Shown: in pieces, positions 19,305 through 30,300 of the stretch
Position numbering within the stretch: the stretch's first letter is position 1
Layout: each line of letters opens with the position of its first letter
Source: Aulosira sp. ZfuVER01
Lineage (GTDB): Bacteria; Cyanobacteriota; Cyanobacteriia; Cyanobacteriales; Nostocaceae
Direction of reading: 5' to 3'
Length of the DNA: 64,000 nucleotides
NCBI GenBank assembly: GCA_034530615.2
Contig: JAVRCV020000043.1
Location: 32,001 to 96,000 of the forward strand
The notes under the pieces: model-generated
Database searches by the model: none
The model's input: only the letters and a program-made list of their open reading frames with translations
Told to the model about the DNA's origin: nothing
Made by a program: the position numbers and the translations under genes

Positions 19305-21407
19305 CTAAATACTCAAATTTAATTCCCAGCTATTCAATTGACCGACATCTTGTGGTGCATAATCGACGAGCCATAATTGCCAGCGTCCTTTAGCTGAAGA
19401 GGATAGCAATTGTTTGAGAGATGGGTGCGATCGCACTGTATAAGTTGTTTGTAAATTAGTGCGGCGGCCTAAGGTGCGATTTTGCAATAACACTTGTTGA
19501 TTATTGGGTGCTATTAAATAAATTTCTAGATCGCCTAAAAAATCATGAGTAATATTAACTGTTACTTGAATATCTTGGACTAAGTTCGTCTCTGAAATGG
19601 CGATCGCACTTTTTATTCCCTGTTTATTATTATCTGGAATTCCTAGCGGGCTATCATTTTTGCCCTTAATTTGCTTGGTAGCAGTTGATGTTCCTGTACG
19701 CAGTTGCTGTGCGGCTTGCACTGCTTTAGCTGCATTCACCTTGCCATAACCAAACCATTGCGAATGGCCGTTACTGTCGTAAGTCCCTTCGCGTAAACCT
19801 AGTTGTGGGTCAGGGTTAGTGTCTAAAATTTTATCCGTGGTCTCTTGTAATATGCGTCTGACTTGTTGGGCGGTTAAGTCAGGATTTGCTGACAACATCA
19901 GTGCTGCCACACCTGCGACTACAGGTGTGGCGCCAGAAGTCCCGCCAAAGTTGCGGGTAAAGTCCCCAGGATCGTAACCTGCGGCTCCTAATTGATCGGT
20001 GGTGAGCATTCCTAATCCTGAAAGCGAAGTTGCGATCGCAGGTTGTGTTTCCATAAATCCAGCCTCCTGAAACCACATCCCAGGAGGAGCATTGTTACTA
20101 GGCGCACACACTGCAATATTATTACCCCAATTGCTGTAGGCTGATTTCTTGCCCAAACTCGTAGAAGCAGCGATCGCTATCACATCTGTATGTACCGCAA
20201 AACCACTTAACCAGTCTGTATTACCTGATAACAGATTTTTAGGCCAATTGCGTTCGTAAACAGTACCATCAATTGGACGGTTGGCATTGCCTGCGGCAAA
20301 TAAAATCACACAACCTTTACCATTACGCCCTTTGGTAGCAGCGCGGGTAATCGCAGCACTTTGACGTAAAGACAGGGGAAAATAAACAGCAGATGCTCCC
20401 CAACTGCAAGAAATCACACTAGCGCCTTTGTCGATTGCCCAATTGAATATATCCTCAATTGATTCATCATCCAAAAACCCGGTGGTGCGAATTGGCATTA
20501 AAGCACAACCAGGGGCAACTCCAACAATACCTTTACCATTTTCTTCGGCTACAGCTATACCTGCACAAGCTGTACCGTGACTAGTTTCCTGTTCATCCGG
20601 CAAAGGTAAAAAATCATTTTCTTTTAAATCTCTAGGGGCAACAATCTTACCACTGCCTTGAAAATCTGGATGGTTCAAATCAAAAGAATCATCAACTACC
20701 GCCACAACCACAGAACGGACACCGCGAGTCATATCCCAAGCTTTCTCGATAGAAATATGAGAACCGGCTGCTAATTGATTACCGCCATTGTGGTTGAGAT
20801 ACCATTGCTGGGGATAGAGAGGATCGCGGGGTTTGTAATGAGTTTCCTGGCGTACAAGGATGTTAGGTTCAGCAGCTAATACTTCTTTTATTCCTTGCAG
20901 TTGATTAGCAATTTTGATGGGATTTTCTGTTGCTTGTTTACTGACACGAAACACAAAAGTATTAGGCAGACCAAGAACTGGTTTTTCTTGAACTAGGTTG
21001 AATGCAGTTGTGAGAGCATTTATCCTAGCTTCATCAACGTCAGCAGCAAATTGAATTGTAATTTGGTCATTGAGATATACAAAAGTTCCAGGATTATCTT
21101 TGAGTTTGTAAATATGGCTGGCAAAAGCAACATTTTGGTCAGCACGTGCTTGCGACATTGCTGTTTCTAACTGGTTGGGCGCTACCGTAAACAGTTCGAG
21201 CCTGGCTTGGGGAATGCTACGTTGCCAAGCTCCCCAACTAACTTGAGATAATTCCTGGTGAGGAATATCTTTAACAAAACGGATAGTGAAACGATCCAAA
21301 GCCTTTTCTAAAATTAATTCTTCACCACCGCGTTGTAATACCATTCCTAGATTACTAGCTGGTATACCTGTATTGGTAGAATTAGAGTAGTTAACGGGAT
21401 CATTCAT
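19305..21407 (-). CDS. Subtilisin-like S8 serine protease with C-terminal proprotein-convertase P domain
   Basis: Catalytic D (VVDDSFD), H (SHGTACAG), S (GGTSGATP); ITHDFLGDLEIYL...GRWQL.LVD...G.LNSW.L. Confidence 0.93.
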   Translation of the reverse strand: MNDPVNYSNSTNTGIPASNLGMVLQRGGEELILEKALDRFTIRFVKDIPHQELSQVSWGAWQRSIPQARLELFTVAPNQLETAMSQARADQNVAFASHIYKLKDNPGTFVYLNDQITIQFAADVDEARINALTTAFNLVQEKPVLGLPNTFVFRVSKQATENPIKIANQLQGIKEVLAAEPNILVRQETHYKPRDPLYPQQWYLNHNGGNQLAAGSHISIEKAWDMTRGVRSVVVAVVDDSFDLNHPDFQGSGKIVAPRDLKENDFLPLPDEQETSHGTACAGIAVAEENGKGIVGVAPGCALMPIRTTGFLDDESIEDIFNWAIDKGASVISCSWGASAVYFPLSLRQSAAITRAATKGRNGKGCVILFAAGNANRPIDGTVYERNWPKNLLSGNTDWLSGFAVHTDVIAIAASTSLGKKSAYSNWGNNIAVCAPSNNAPPGMWFQEAGFMETQPAIATSLSGLGMLTTDQLGAAGYDPGDFTRNFGGTSGATPVVAGVAALMLSANPDLTAQQVRRILQETTDKILDTNPDPQLGLREGTYDSNGHSQWFGYGKVNAAKAVQAAQQLRTGTSTATKQIKGKNDSPLGIPDNNKQGIKSAIAISETNLVQDIQVTVNITHDFLGDLEIYLIAPNNQQVLLQNRTLGRRTNLQTTYTVRSHPSLKQLLSSSAKGRWQLWLVDYAPQDVGQLNSWELNLSI

Positions 21408-21578
21408 AGGTACACTTTTAGATACTATGATTAAGGGCTAAGGGAACTCAATTAGGCTGATTTTCAGTCTAAAACAGAGAAACCTAGTGTGTTGCTTTGC
21501 TTGGTCAAAGACGAAAACAGAGTTAAGATACCCGAAGTTTCCATTGCTTTTTATATATTTGTCGCACGAATTGATCCC

Positions 21579-22178
21579 ATGAACCTAGCAGCAGCTGTGC
21601 CCTGGATTCGCTTCACTTCTTTATCACTCATAGCAACCCTTAGTTTGCTATCACCTGTTAATGCTCAGGTAATCAAGTTACCGAGCAATAACCAAGCACA
21701 ACCTATTGACCCCAACAATCCAAATACTCTGCGTCCTGTAGCGCAAAACACTACCCTATTGAGCATTGACAGCGGCCAGCGTCTTCTCAAAGAAGCAGAA
21801 GGTGCAGTTTCTAGTCAACAATATGATGTAGCTGCCAAGAAACTCCAAGAAGCACGTCAGGTTTTCAATCAGCTATCTAATTTTTATCAGGATCTCAATT
21901 CTAGTTTTTCTGGAATTGACCTCAGAGTTTCTGATTCTCAGCGAGACAAAGCTAGACAGACCGCGCAATTGCGAGATGAAGCTACCTATAGGCTGGCATT
22001 GGTACATCGAGCACAAAATCAATCAGAATTAGCCGTACCTTTGCTCATACAAATTATCAAGAGTCAAAGCCCCACAAGGGATTTAGGCAAGAAAGCCTAC
22101 CAGCAGTTATATGAGTTAGGTTTTGTTGATGCACCCTATCCGCGGCAAGGTGGTAGTTCTTCTTCATCCCAAAAATAA
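21579..22178 (+). CDS. Conserved secreted helical/TPR-like hypothetical protein
   Basis: Signal-peptide-like N-terminus ending VNA|Q; amphipathic helices. Confidence 0.75.
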   Translation: MNLAAAVPWIRFTSLSLIATLSLLSPVNAQVIKLPSNNQAQPIDPNNPNTLRPVAQNTTLLSIDSGQRLLKEAEGAVSSQQYDVAAKKLQEARQVFNQLSNFYQDLNSSFSGIDLRVSDSQRDKARQTAQLRDEATYRLALVHRAQNQSELAVPLLIQIIKSQSPTRDLGKKAYQQLYELGFVDAPYPRQGGSSSSSQK

Positions 22179-22381
22179 GCAAATATAGCAATCTTCTCGT
22201 TTGTTAAAGTCATGGCGGCTGAATGTCCGGTAGGATAGAGTTATCTACCGTCCGTAGAGGCATTCTGACCAACATTTGCCTAGAGCGCCTCGTTCCTTAG
22301 TCTTGCCAAAAAGTGCAAGTAGTAAAGGCGATCGCTCTATATCTGTTTAATAATAGAAAAGAAGTTTTTTCAGGAATTGCG

Positions 22382-22639
22382 ATGATTAGTCCGCAGCAGG
22401 TTGAGGAAATGATCAAAGCGGAACTGCCAGATGCCCTGGTTCAGGTGCAAGATTTGACTGGTGGTGGGGACCACTATCAAGTGACAGTAGTTTCATCGCA
22501 GTTTGCAGACAAAAGACTGGTGCAACAACACCAGCTAGTGTACGGTGCGTTGCGGCAAGCTATGTCAACTGAAGCGATTCATGCTTTGGCAGTAAAAACT
22601 TATACTCCCGAAGCGTGGCAGACAACAGCCGCCTCTTAG
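22382..22639 (+). CDS. bolA: BolA family protein
   Basis: GGGDHY, QQHQLVY, IHAL; adjacent to monothiol glutaredoxin. Confidence 0.93.
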   Translation: MISPQQVEEMIKAELPDALVQVQDLTGGGDHYQVTVVSSQFADKRLVQQHQLVYGALRQAMSTEAIHALAVKTYTPEAWQTTAAS

Positions 22640-22742
22640 CAGTTTCAATAATGACTGTTGAACGCCAGTAGCACGCCAGTCGCGGTCACTACGGGCACTG
22701 GCTCCTCTCGACTTATAAGCAAAAGCAGGAAACAGAAAAACC

Positions 22743-23066
22743 ATGACGCCAGAACTCAAAGAGAAAATTGATAACTTGGTACAACAAAACAAGATTTTGG
22801 TTTTTATGAAAGGAACCAAGTTGATGCCCCAATGTGGTTTCTCAAACAACGTTGTGCAAATTCTTAACACTTTGGGTGTTCCCTTCGAGACTGTTGACGT
22901 TCTCTCAGACTCCGAAATTCGTCAAGGAATCAAAGAATATTCCAATTGGCCAACAATTCCCCAAGTGTTTATTGATGGTGAATTCGTTGGCGGTTCAGAC
23001 ATCTTAATTGAACTGTACCAAAAAGGCGAATTGCAACAATTAGTAGAAGTAGCACTTGCTTCGTAA
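22743..23066 (+). CDS. grxD: Monothiol glutaredoxin (Grx4)
   Basis: CGFS, WPTIPQ, GGSD. Confidence 0.96.
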   Translation: MTPELKEKIDNLVQQNKILVFMKGTKLMPQCGFSNNVVQILNTLGVPFETVDVLSDSEIRQGIKEYSNWPTIPQVFIDGEFVGGSDILIELYQKGELQQLVEVALAS

Positions 23067-23132
23067 AAACATCAGTATCCTTGAGTGCTAAACCAAAGGA
23101 TATATTACGTTATCAAATTTTAAGTAATCCAG

Positions 23133-23169
23133 AAAAATGTGAGGGAATTTAAATTCCCTCACATTTTTT
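23133..23169 (+). terminator. Intrinsic terminator after bolA-grxD
   Basis: Perfect palindrome AAAAATGTGAGGGAATTT|AAATTCCCTCACATTTTT. Confidence 0.8.
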
Positions 23170-23974
23170 ATGACAGGGCGAGAGAACACCGCAAAAATAA
23201 GGTTTCCAAGCTGAGGGGTTCAACCCATCAATTTATTGACCCACAACATAATTAATTCCAAGACGAGATAACTACAAAGATTGAATAAATTACTTTTTGG
23301 TATTCCCTAATCAGTTGTCAGCGAACATTGACAACTGATGTTTGTATTGTGGAGGATGTTGAAATTTTGCGGCGAGTGCAAATTTAGGGTTGTTTTCCAT
23401 TACTCAATCCCCAGTACCCAATCCCCAATTCCTTTGAAAATGCAGAATTCCGTACCACTCTTGGAAATACTGAGGCGGCAATGACTTGGTATTAGCACTT
23501 CAGCGTTACTACTAACGCACTGATTATGACAATCACTTACTCTACTTACCAAATATTCCCTAGAGAAAAATTAGCAATTTGTCAGGATAGTACTTCTATC
23601 CCCGTGTAGATATAGGTATGCCGATTATGAACATGATTTTTACTGAAATATGTTTATACCACGTTACTTTTGTAACAGTCAAGTCCCATCAAAATTGAAA
23701 TGTTGAAAATGTATTTCAAAGCTTAAAGGCTAGCTGTAGATGTGAATAGCTATTGGTTCAATCAGAGTGCTACAGCCGCCGACTATTTCGGTAGTCATGT
23801 TTCAAAAACCATCAGTACAGTTTTTTTTAGATTTTTTTTAAAAAAACCGTAATGTTACCCTCAACCGTGTTAGTTCATCTTGAATCACGGGAACAATAGC
23901 AACAGTTAATTAGCTGACCTTAATTTTTAGCTGACCGTAATCTATTGTTACCTGGAGCCATTGAGACGATCTTT

Positions 23975-25222
23975 ATGCCAGCAACATCTTTTTACGCAGA
24001 TGCCCCCTACAATGCCCCAAAATCCCAGCATATCCTAGACCGAGATCTAACGGTTGATGATGAGTTACCTGTAGACGATTTACAGGATTTGGAGTTGGCT
24101 TCTGTTGATCCTGCTCATTTTGCTGCTAACACCAACCGTAGGAGTACAGACTTAGTACGCCTATATCTTCAGGAAATTGGTCGGGTTCGGTTGTTAGGCC
24201 GAGATGAGGAAGTTTCAGAAGCGCAAAAAGTCCAACGTTACTTACGTATGCGGATAGTACTTGCTAATGCCGCCAAACAAGGAGATGCAGTAATTGAGCC
24301 TTATCTGCGCTTAATTGAAGTTCAGGAGCGTCTAGCATCTGAATTGGGACATCGCCCGTCTTTGGAAAGGTGGGCTAGCACTGCTGGTGTGAACGTGTCG
24401 GATTTGAAGCCAATTTTGTCAGAAGGCAAGCGTCGTTGGGCGGAAATTGCCAAGATCACAGTGGAAGAACTGGAGCAAATTCAATCTCAAGGACTCCAGT
24501 CTAAAGAACACATGATTAAGGCTAACCTTCGCCTGGTGGTGTCTGTTGCCAAGAAGTATCAAAATCGCGGTTTGGAATTGTTGGATCTAGTCCAAGAAGG
24601 CACACTGGGCTTGGAGCGAGCTGTCGAGAAATTTGACCCAACTAAGGGTTATCGCTTTAGCACCTACGCCTACTGGTGGATTCGTCAGGGAATTACAAGG
24701 GCGATCGCAACTTCTAGCCGCACCATTCGCCTACCTGTTCATATTACTGAAAAGCTGAACAAAATCAAAAAAGCCCAACGCAAAATTGCTCAAGAAAAAG
24801 GTCGTACTCCCACACTGGAAGATTTGGCTGTTGAGTTAGAAATGACTCCTACCCAAGTACGAGAAGTTTTGTTGCGGGTACCTCGCTCCGTTTCTCTAGA
24901 AACCAAAGTGGGTAAGGATAAAGACACAGAGTTAGGAGAATTACTCGAAACTGATAGTGTCACCCCAGAAGAATTATTAATGCGAGAATCTTTACAAAGA
25001 GACTTGCAGCATTTGTTGGCTGATTTAACTAGCCGCGAACGTGATGTCATTCTCATGCGGTTTGGTTTGGCAGATGGTCATCCTTACTCTTTAGCTGAAA
25101 TTGGACGCGCACTTGATTTATCGCGGGAACGAGTACGGCAAATCGAATCCAAGGCTTTACAAAAGCTACGCCAACCAAAGCGACGTAACCTGATCCGCGA
25201 CTATTTAGAATCTCTCAGCTAG
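23975..25222 (+). CDS. sigC: Group 2 RNA polymerase sigma factor SigC
   Basis: ANLRLVVSVAKKY, DLVQEG, KGYRFSTYAYWWIRQ, SRERVRQIE; MPATSFYAD start; synteny with furA. Confidence 0.92.
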   Translation: MPATSFYADAPYNAPKSQHILDRDLTVDDELPVDDLQDLELASVDPAHFAANTNRRSTDLVRLYLQEIGRVRLLGRDEEVSEAQKVQRYLRMRIVLANAAKQGDAVIEPYLRLIEVQERLASELGHRPSLERWASTAGVNVSDLKPILSEGKRRWAEIAKITVEELEQIQSQGLQSKEHMIKANLRLVVSVAKKYQNRGLELLDLVQEGTLGLERAVEKFDPTKGYRFSTYAYWWIRQGITRAIATSSRTIRLPVHITEKLNKIKKAQRKIAQEKGRTPTLEDLAVELEMTPTQVREVLLRVPRSVSLETKVGKDKDTELGELLETDSVTPEELLMRESLQRDLQHLLADLTSRERDVILMRFGLADGHPYSLAEIGRALDLSRERVRQIESKALQKLRQPKRRNLIRDYLESLS

Positions 25223-25253
25223 TGGTCTATGTCATTAGTTCGCCAGGTGAAAT

Positions 25254-25313
25254 AAGTTCGTAGTCAGCACTTTAGTGCTTAAAATCTAAGATTGAAGTCT
25301 TAACTACGAACTT
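25254..25313. repeat. REP-doublet (REPIN-like) inverted element
   Basis: AAGTTCGTAG...CTACGAACTT termini with internal hairpin AGCACTTTAGTGCT following GTAG. Confidence 0.7.
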
Positions 25314-25497
25314 CACTAACTCATCAGTAACCGAGTTGCTTGATCCCCGTTGCCAAAATCTCTCTTTAGTTTATGGCAAATAATTTTCATTTAAGTAGAC
25401 TAGAGTTTTGCGGACTCTACTTTCAAGATGCTTTGATCGCGGGGATCATCTATTACTTTTGGTTTATGAATATTTCATGATTATTATTCAGTCTTTA

Positions 25498-25516
25498 GTA
25501 AAAATTCTCAATAAGC
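25498..25516. promoter_or_regulatory. Putative FurA box (autoregulation)
   Basis: GTAAAAATTCTCAATAAGC resembles the Anabaena FurA consensus AAATAAATTCTCAATAAAT as I recall it. Confidence 0.55.
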
Positions 25517-25587
25517 TATGGTTGTTGCAAATTGCTCTAAATATTTGCTATATTCTCAACTATTAGGCTTTGTTGAGAAAAATTAGT

Positions 25588-26043
25588 ATGACTGTTTACA
25601 CATCTAGTTCACTCAAAGCAGAGTTAAACGATCGCGGCTGGCGTTTAACTCCCCAACGAGAAACAATTCTACACATTTTCCAAGAACTTCCGCAAGGTGA
25701 ACACCTCAGTGCTGAGGATCTTTATCATCGGCTAGAAACTGACGGTGAAGGAATAAGTCTGTCAACTATTTATCGGACTTTAAAGTTGATGGCCCGGATG
25801 GGTATTTTACGGGAATTAGAACTGGGGGAAGGACATAAGCATTACGAACTTAATCAGCCTTACCCCCATCACCACCATCACCTCATCTGTGTCAGATGTA
25901 ACAATACAATTGAGTTTAAAAACGATTCAATTTTGAAAATAGGAGCGAAAACTGCTCAAAAAGAAGGTTTCCATCTTCTTGATTGTCAGCTAACTATCCA
26001 TGCAGTCTGTCCCAAATGCCAAAGGGCGCTAATGCCGTTATAG
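25588..26043 (+). CDS. furA: Ferric uptake regulator
   Basis: RLTPQR, STIYRTL, HHHHHLICVRC, CPKC. Confidence 0.96.
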   Translation: MTVYTSSSLKAELNDRGWRLTPQRETILHIFQELPQGEHLSAEDLYHRLETDGEGISLSTIYRTLKLMARMGILRELELGEGHKHYELNQPYPHHHHHLICVRCNNTIEFKNDSILKIGAKTAQKEGFHLLDCQLTIHAVCPKCQRALMPL

Positions 26044-26172
26044 TACCTGGGTGGGATAACAAGGTAGAGCCTCAATCTAACCACAATATGGAATTTTGAG
26101 CAGTTTCTTATTCGCTGTTATCGGAGGTAGCAACTAGTTGGGGACATCTTACTGCCAGTACCTAAGCGGATG

Positions 26173-27354
26173 CTAAAAGCGTCCGCTTCTTATATCACTA
26201 AGGCTGATACCGTAAAATTCTTGAGCTTGTTTGATTGCTTTTTTGGTATCTTCTGCCATTACACCGTTAAGTTGACCTTTGTAAAAGCCCTTTTCGTGTA
26301 ATCGCCGTTGAATTTCCAACACACTAAACTCACTCTTGGGAGTATTACTCACTAAGCTATATAACTTAGCTCTGGTAGTTGGGCCAGCGATACCACTGGG
26401 TGCTAAGTAATTAGCAGCTTGAAATCGGCGGACAGCATCTGCCGTATAGGGGCCAAAATAGCCATTTGGTTCTCCCTGTAAATATCCGGCTTTAATCAAT
26501 TGTTCTTGGAGAACGCGAACTGGTTCACCGCGATCGCCCATACGGAGTTTATCGCGATCGACCAATGCTTTAGGAGCATCTTCGCCACCACCAATATCAG
26601 TTGGCGGTAGTTTTGCTAGTGTTGCAGGTCCGACAACGCCATCAGCATCTAACTTGTAAGCCGTTTGGAATCGCTTGACTGCTTCTTCAGTAATCGGCCC
26701 AAATATGCCTGTGGCGTTACCGTAGTAGAATCCAGCAACTCGCAACCGTTCTTGCAAAACTCTAACATTTTCACCTTCATCACCTCGAGAAAGGTAATTA
26801 GGATTGCTGCGCTTGGTAGCTGGCGTAGTTGATGCAGTAGCAACAACTGTTTTTTTAGCTGTTGTATTTGTGGTAATTGGTTTTTTGGTTTGTGTAGTAC
26901 TTACAACTGTTGGTTTAGTACTGGGTTGTCTCACCCCTGTATTTGTACTTACAGCTTTAGGCCGCCAGCTTTGTAATTTTTGCAGTGTAGTTGTGTTGAC
27001 GATACCATCTACTGGTAAACCTGCTGCTTTTTGGAAGCGACGGACAGCATCTTCTGTGGGGAAGTCGTAGATTTGAGTAATGGGAGCTTGATAAAAACCT
27101 ACTGTACGCAACCGTTGTTGTAGATTCCTGACAGAAGGGCCTTGATCGCCTCGTTCTAATGCCATGACACTACTAACGGCGCTGAGAATAGACAAAGTGA
27201 GGGCAAGAGGTAACATATACCTCCAAGCCCTACCAGAAAGCCTTTTCCAGTCTGGTGTTGCTGCTTTGTTAAACAAAGCACTCAGGGAAACCAATTCACT
27301 GGGTTGGCTGTCTTCGTAAGCAAAAGCTAGGTGGAAATACGCGAGGTTGTCCAT
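26173..27354 (-). CDS. Multi peptidoglycan-binding-domain protein (alr1690-like), convergent with furA
   Basis: Repeated L.RGD.G..V..LQ..L...G...G.FG..T..AV.RFQ PG_binding_1 units; Thr/Lys-rich linker. Confidence 0.9.
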   Translation of the reverse strand: MDNLAYFHLAFAYEDSQPSELVSLSALFNKAATPDWKRLSGRAWRYMLPLALTLSILSAVSSVMALERGDQGPSVRNLQQRLRTVGFYQAPITQIYDFPTEDAVRRFQKAAGLPVDGIVNTTTLQKLQSWRPKAVSTNTGVRQPSTKPTVVSTTQTKKPITTNTTAKKTVVATASTTPATKRSNPNYLSRGDEGENVRVLQERLRVAGFYYGNATGIFGPITEEAVKRFQTAYKLDADGVVGPATLAKLPPTDIGGGEDAPKALVDRDKLRMGDRGEPVRVLQEQLIKAGYLQGEPNGYFGPYTADAVRRFQAANYLAPSGIAGPTTRAKLYSLVSNTPKSEFSVLEIQRRLHEKGFYKGQLNGVMAEDTKKAIKQAQEFYGISLSDIRSGRF

Positions 27355-27363
27355 ATCCGGTTC

Positions 27364-30300
27364 TTACACCACTGTTTGTTCTTCTATCGTTGCTTCAGCT
27401 TGATGTACAAGACTTCGTAACATTTCTAATGTTTGTGTATTTACATCCTGCCATAAACCGCGTTGGTATGATTCTAATAGTCTCTCAGCAATATCACGCA
27501 ATGCCCAAGGATTTTTTTTGTAAATAAAATCTGACACAATCGGATCGAGTAAATAAGCTTGTAATATGCCGTGATACATATAGTCTCCCACACATTGAGC
27601 CGTTGCATCATAGGCAAATAGAAAATCCATTGTGGCTGCCATTTCAAATGCTCCTTTATAACCGTGGCGCATCATTCCTGCAATCCACTTAGGATTAACT
27701 ACACGAGAACGATACACCCTGGCAATTTCCTCTTTGAGTTGGCGGACTCGTGGTTGAGCAGTAATAGAATTATCACCAAAATAAGTTTGGGGGTTTTTTC
27801 CTTGAAGCGATCGCACTGCGGCGGTTAAACCACCCTGAAATTGGTAGTAATCATCAGAATCAAGCAAGTCGTGTTCGTGGTTATCTTGGTTATGTAAGAC
27901 AGCTTGTGTTTGCATCAAACGCTGCTTTAAGGCTTCAGGTGCGGCAATTGGGGATGAGGAAGAATAAGCATAAGAACTCCAGTTGATGTAAGCACGAGCT
28001 AAATCCTCGTCATCTGTCCAATTTTGCGATTCAATTAAGCCTTGTAATCCTGCACCGTAAGCACCTGGTTTAGAACCAAATATACGGTAGCGCGATCGCA
28101 CAATTGCTTCTTCTGAAGTTAAACCTTGTTCTGTCCAAAAATCAGTATCTTGGCGAACTTGTGCTGCTAGCGGGTTTTCTTCTGGTGATTCGTCTAATGC
28201 TGCTACTGCTTGTACAGCTGAGTCAAATAAATCAATCAAGTTGGGAAAAGCATCTCGGAAAAACCCAGAAATTCTTAAAGTAACATCAACACGCGGTCTT
28301 CCTAAAACTGACAGCGGTAAAATCTCAAAATCTACTACGCGCCGTGCTGCACCATCCCATACAGGTTGCACACCCAACAACGCTAACGCCTCAGCAATGT
28401 CATCACCTCCAGTCCGCATAGTAGCTGTTCCCCATACAGATAAAGCTAGTGTTTTGGGATACTCACCATTATCTTGGGTATAACGTTCAATTAAGGTTTC
28501 TGCTGCTCTTCTTCCGATATCCCAGGCTGTCTCTGTAGGTAAGGCGCGAATATCAACAGAGTAAAAGTTTTTACCTGTGGGTAAGACTTCTGGGCGTCCG
28601 CGTGTGGGTGCACCAGATGCAGCACTTTGAATATATCTACCATCAAGTCCGCGTAACAAGTTGGTAATTTCTTGGCTGGTTTTTTGCAATGCGGGGAGGA
28701 GTTTTGCAGCGATCCAGTTAATAACAGTGCTGAGTGCTGAGTTGTGAGTTGTGAGTTGTGAGTTATTAGCAATTAGTTGTTCGACGAGGAAGGCGGCGTG
28801 GTCTTCTAAGATTTCAATAGCATCACCGATAGTGTGACAGGATTGGAGTTTTGCTAAAGGTGCAGAAGAAGATTTTGGTAAGGTGAATTGATCGCGGAAG
28901 TCGGCTGTTAAGGGATCGAAATCTAAACCCCAATCTTGAGTTAAGGCGCGGGTAATACCGATGGAATGGCGATTGGGGATGCGGGCAATCGCTACTATTA
29001 AATCGCGTAATTGTCGTCCTTGAGGACATTGCCCAAAAATGTGCAATCCGTCACGAATTTGGGCTTCTTTTAATTCGCAAAGATAGCCATTTATGGAATT
29101 TAAAATTAAAATTTCAAAATTTAAAATATCTTGTTCATTCTTAATGCCTAAATCTTGATGTAAATTTTCTTGAACAATTAGTTCGCGGATGCGATCGCGA
29201 ATCATTGGCAGTCTTACCGGATCTAAACTTTCAGCTTCGTAATACTCATCAATTAAATTCTCCAGTTGTTGCAGTGAACCATATAGTTCTGCACGAGTCA
29301 TTGGAGGTGTTAAATGGTCAATAATTACGGCTTGAGTACGGCGTTTAGCTTGTGAACCCTCACCAGGATCGTTGACAATAAATGGGTATAAATGAGGCAT
29401 CGGCCCTAAAGCAACTTCTGGATAACAATTACTTGATAACGCCAGACTTTTACCCGGAAGCCATTCGAGATTTCCATGTTTTCCTACATGAACCACAGCA
29501 TCCGCAGCAAAACATTCCCTCACCCAATAATAAAAAGCTAAATAAGCGTGGGTTGGTTCCAAATCCGGTGCATGATAACTCAAACTGGGGTCAAGATCGT
29601 AGCCTCGTGCCGGCTGAATTCCCACGAAGACGTTACCGAGTTGAATTCCGGGGATGGGAAAGGAGGACAAGGGGACGCGGGGACGCGGGGACGCGGCGAA
29701 ATTTTGATTCTCCACGTCTCCCTGTCTCACCATCTCCGCGTCCTCTTCTAATCCCCAGCGTTGAGAAATACCTTGCTGTACTGGCTCTGGTAAAGTAGCG
29801 AAATAATTTTGATATTCGTCCACAGAAAGACTTTGCTGTACTGTACGCCAATCTTTACCTTCTGGATCGTTTGTTACGCCAGCAGTAAGACGTTGAATTA
29901 ATTCATCGCTATCAGCAGGTAAATTTTCTACTTGATAGCCAGCTAACTCCAAAGCTTGGAGAATTTCGATACAACTAGCTGGGGTATCCAGTCCTACACC
30001 ATTAGCGAGGCGGCCATCACGGTTAGGGTAATTTGCCACAATCAAAGCAATACGCCGTTCTTGGGGTGGCTTGGAACGTAGGCGTACCCAATTAGCTGCC
30101 AGTTGGGTGACGAACTCAATGCGATCGCTTACTGGCTCATAAACTACCACATCTGTTTCTAAATTCTGATTGCGAGCTTGCACTGTTTTAAAAGACACAG
30201 CACGACTAATAATTCGCCCATCCACCTCTGGTAGTGCCACATTCATAGCAATATCGCGGGGAGAAAGTCCTGACAACTGTAACTCCCACTGCTCAACAGC

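Noticed and set aside
22205..22290. GC-richer hairpin-forming stretch upstream of bolA
   Set aside because: Pairing is imperfect, single copy in the window, no known RNA family recognised
23170..23974. Long intergenic region upstream of sigC as a possible ncRNA or riboswitch
   Set aside because: No recognisable structure or family motif; likely extended promoter with STRR-like bits
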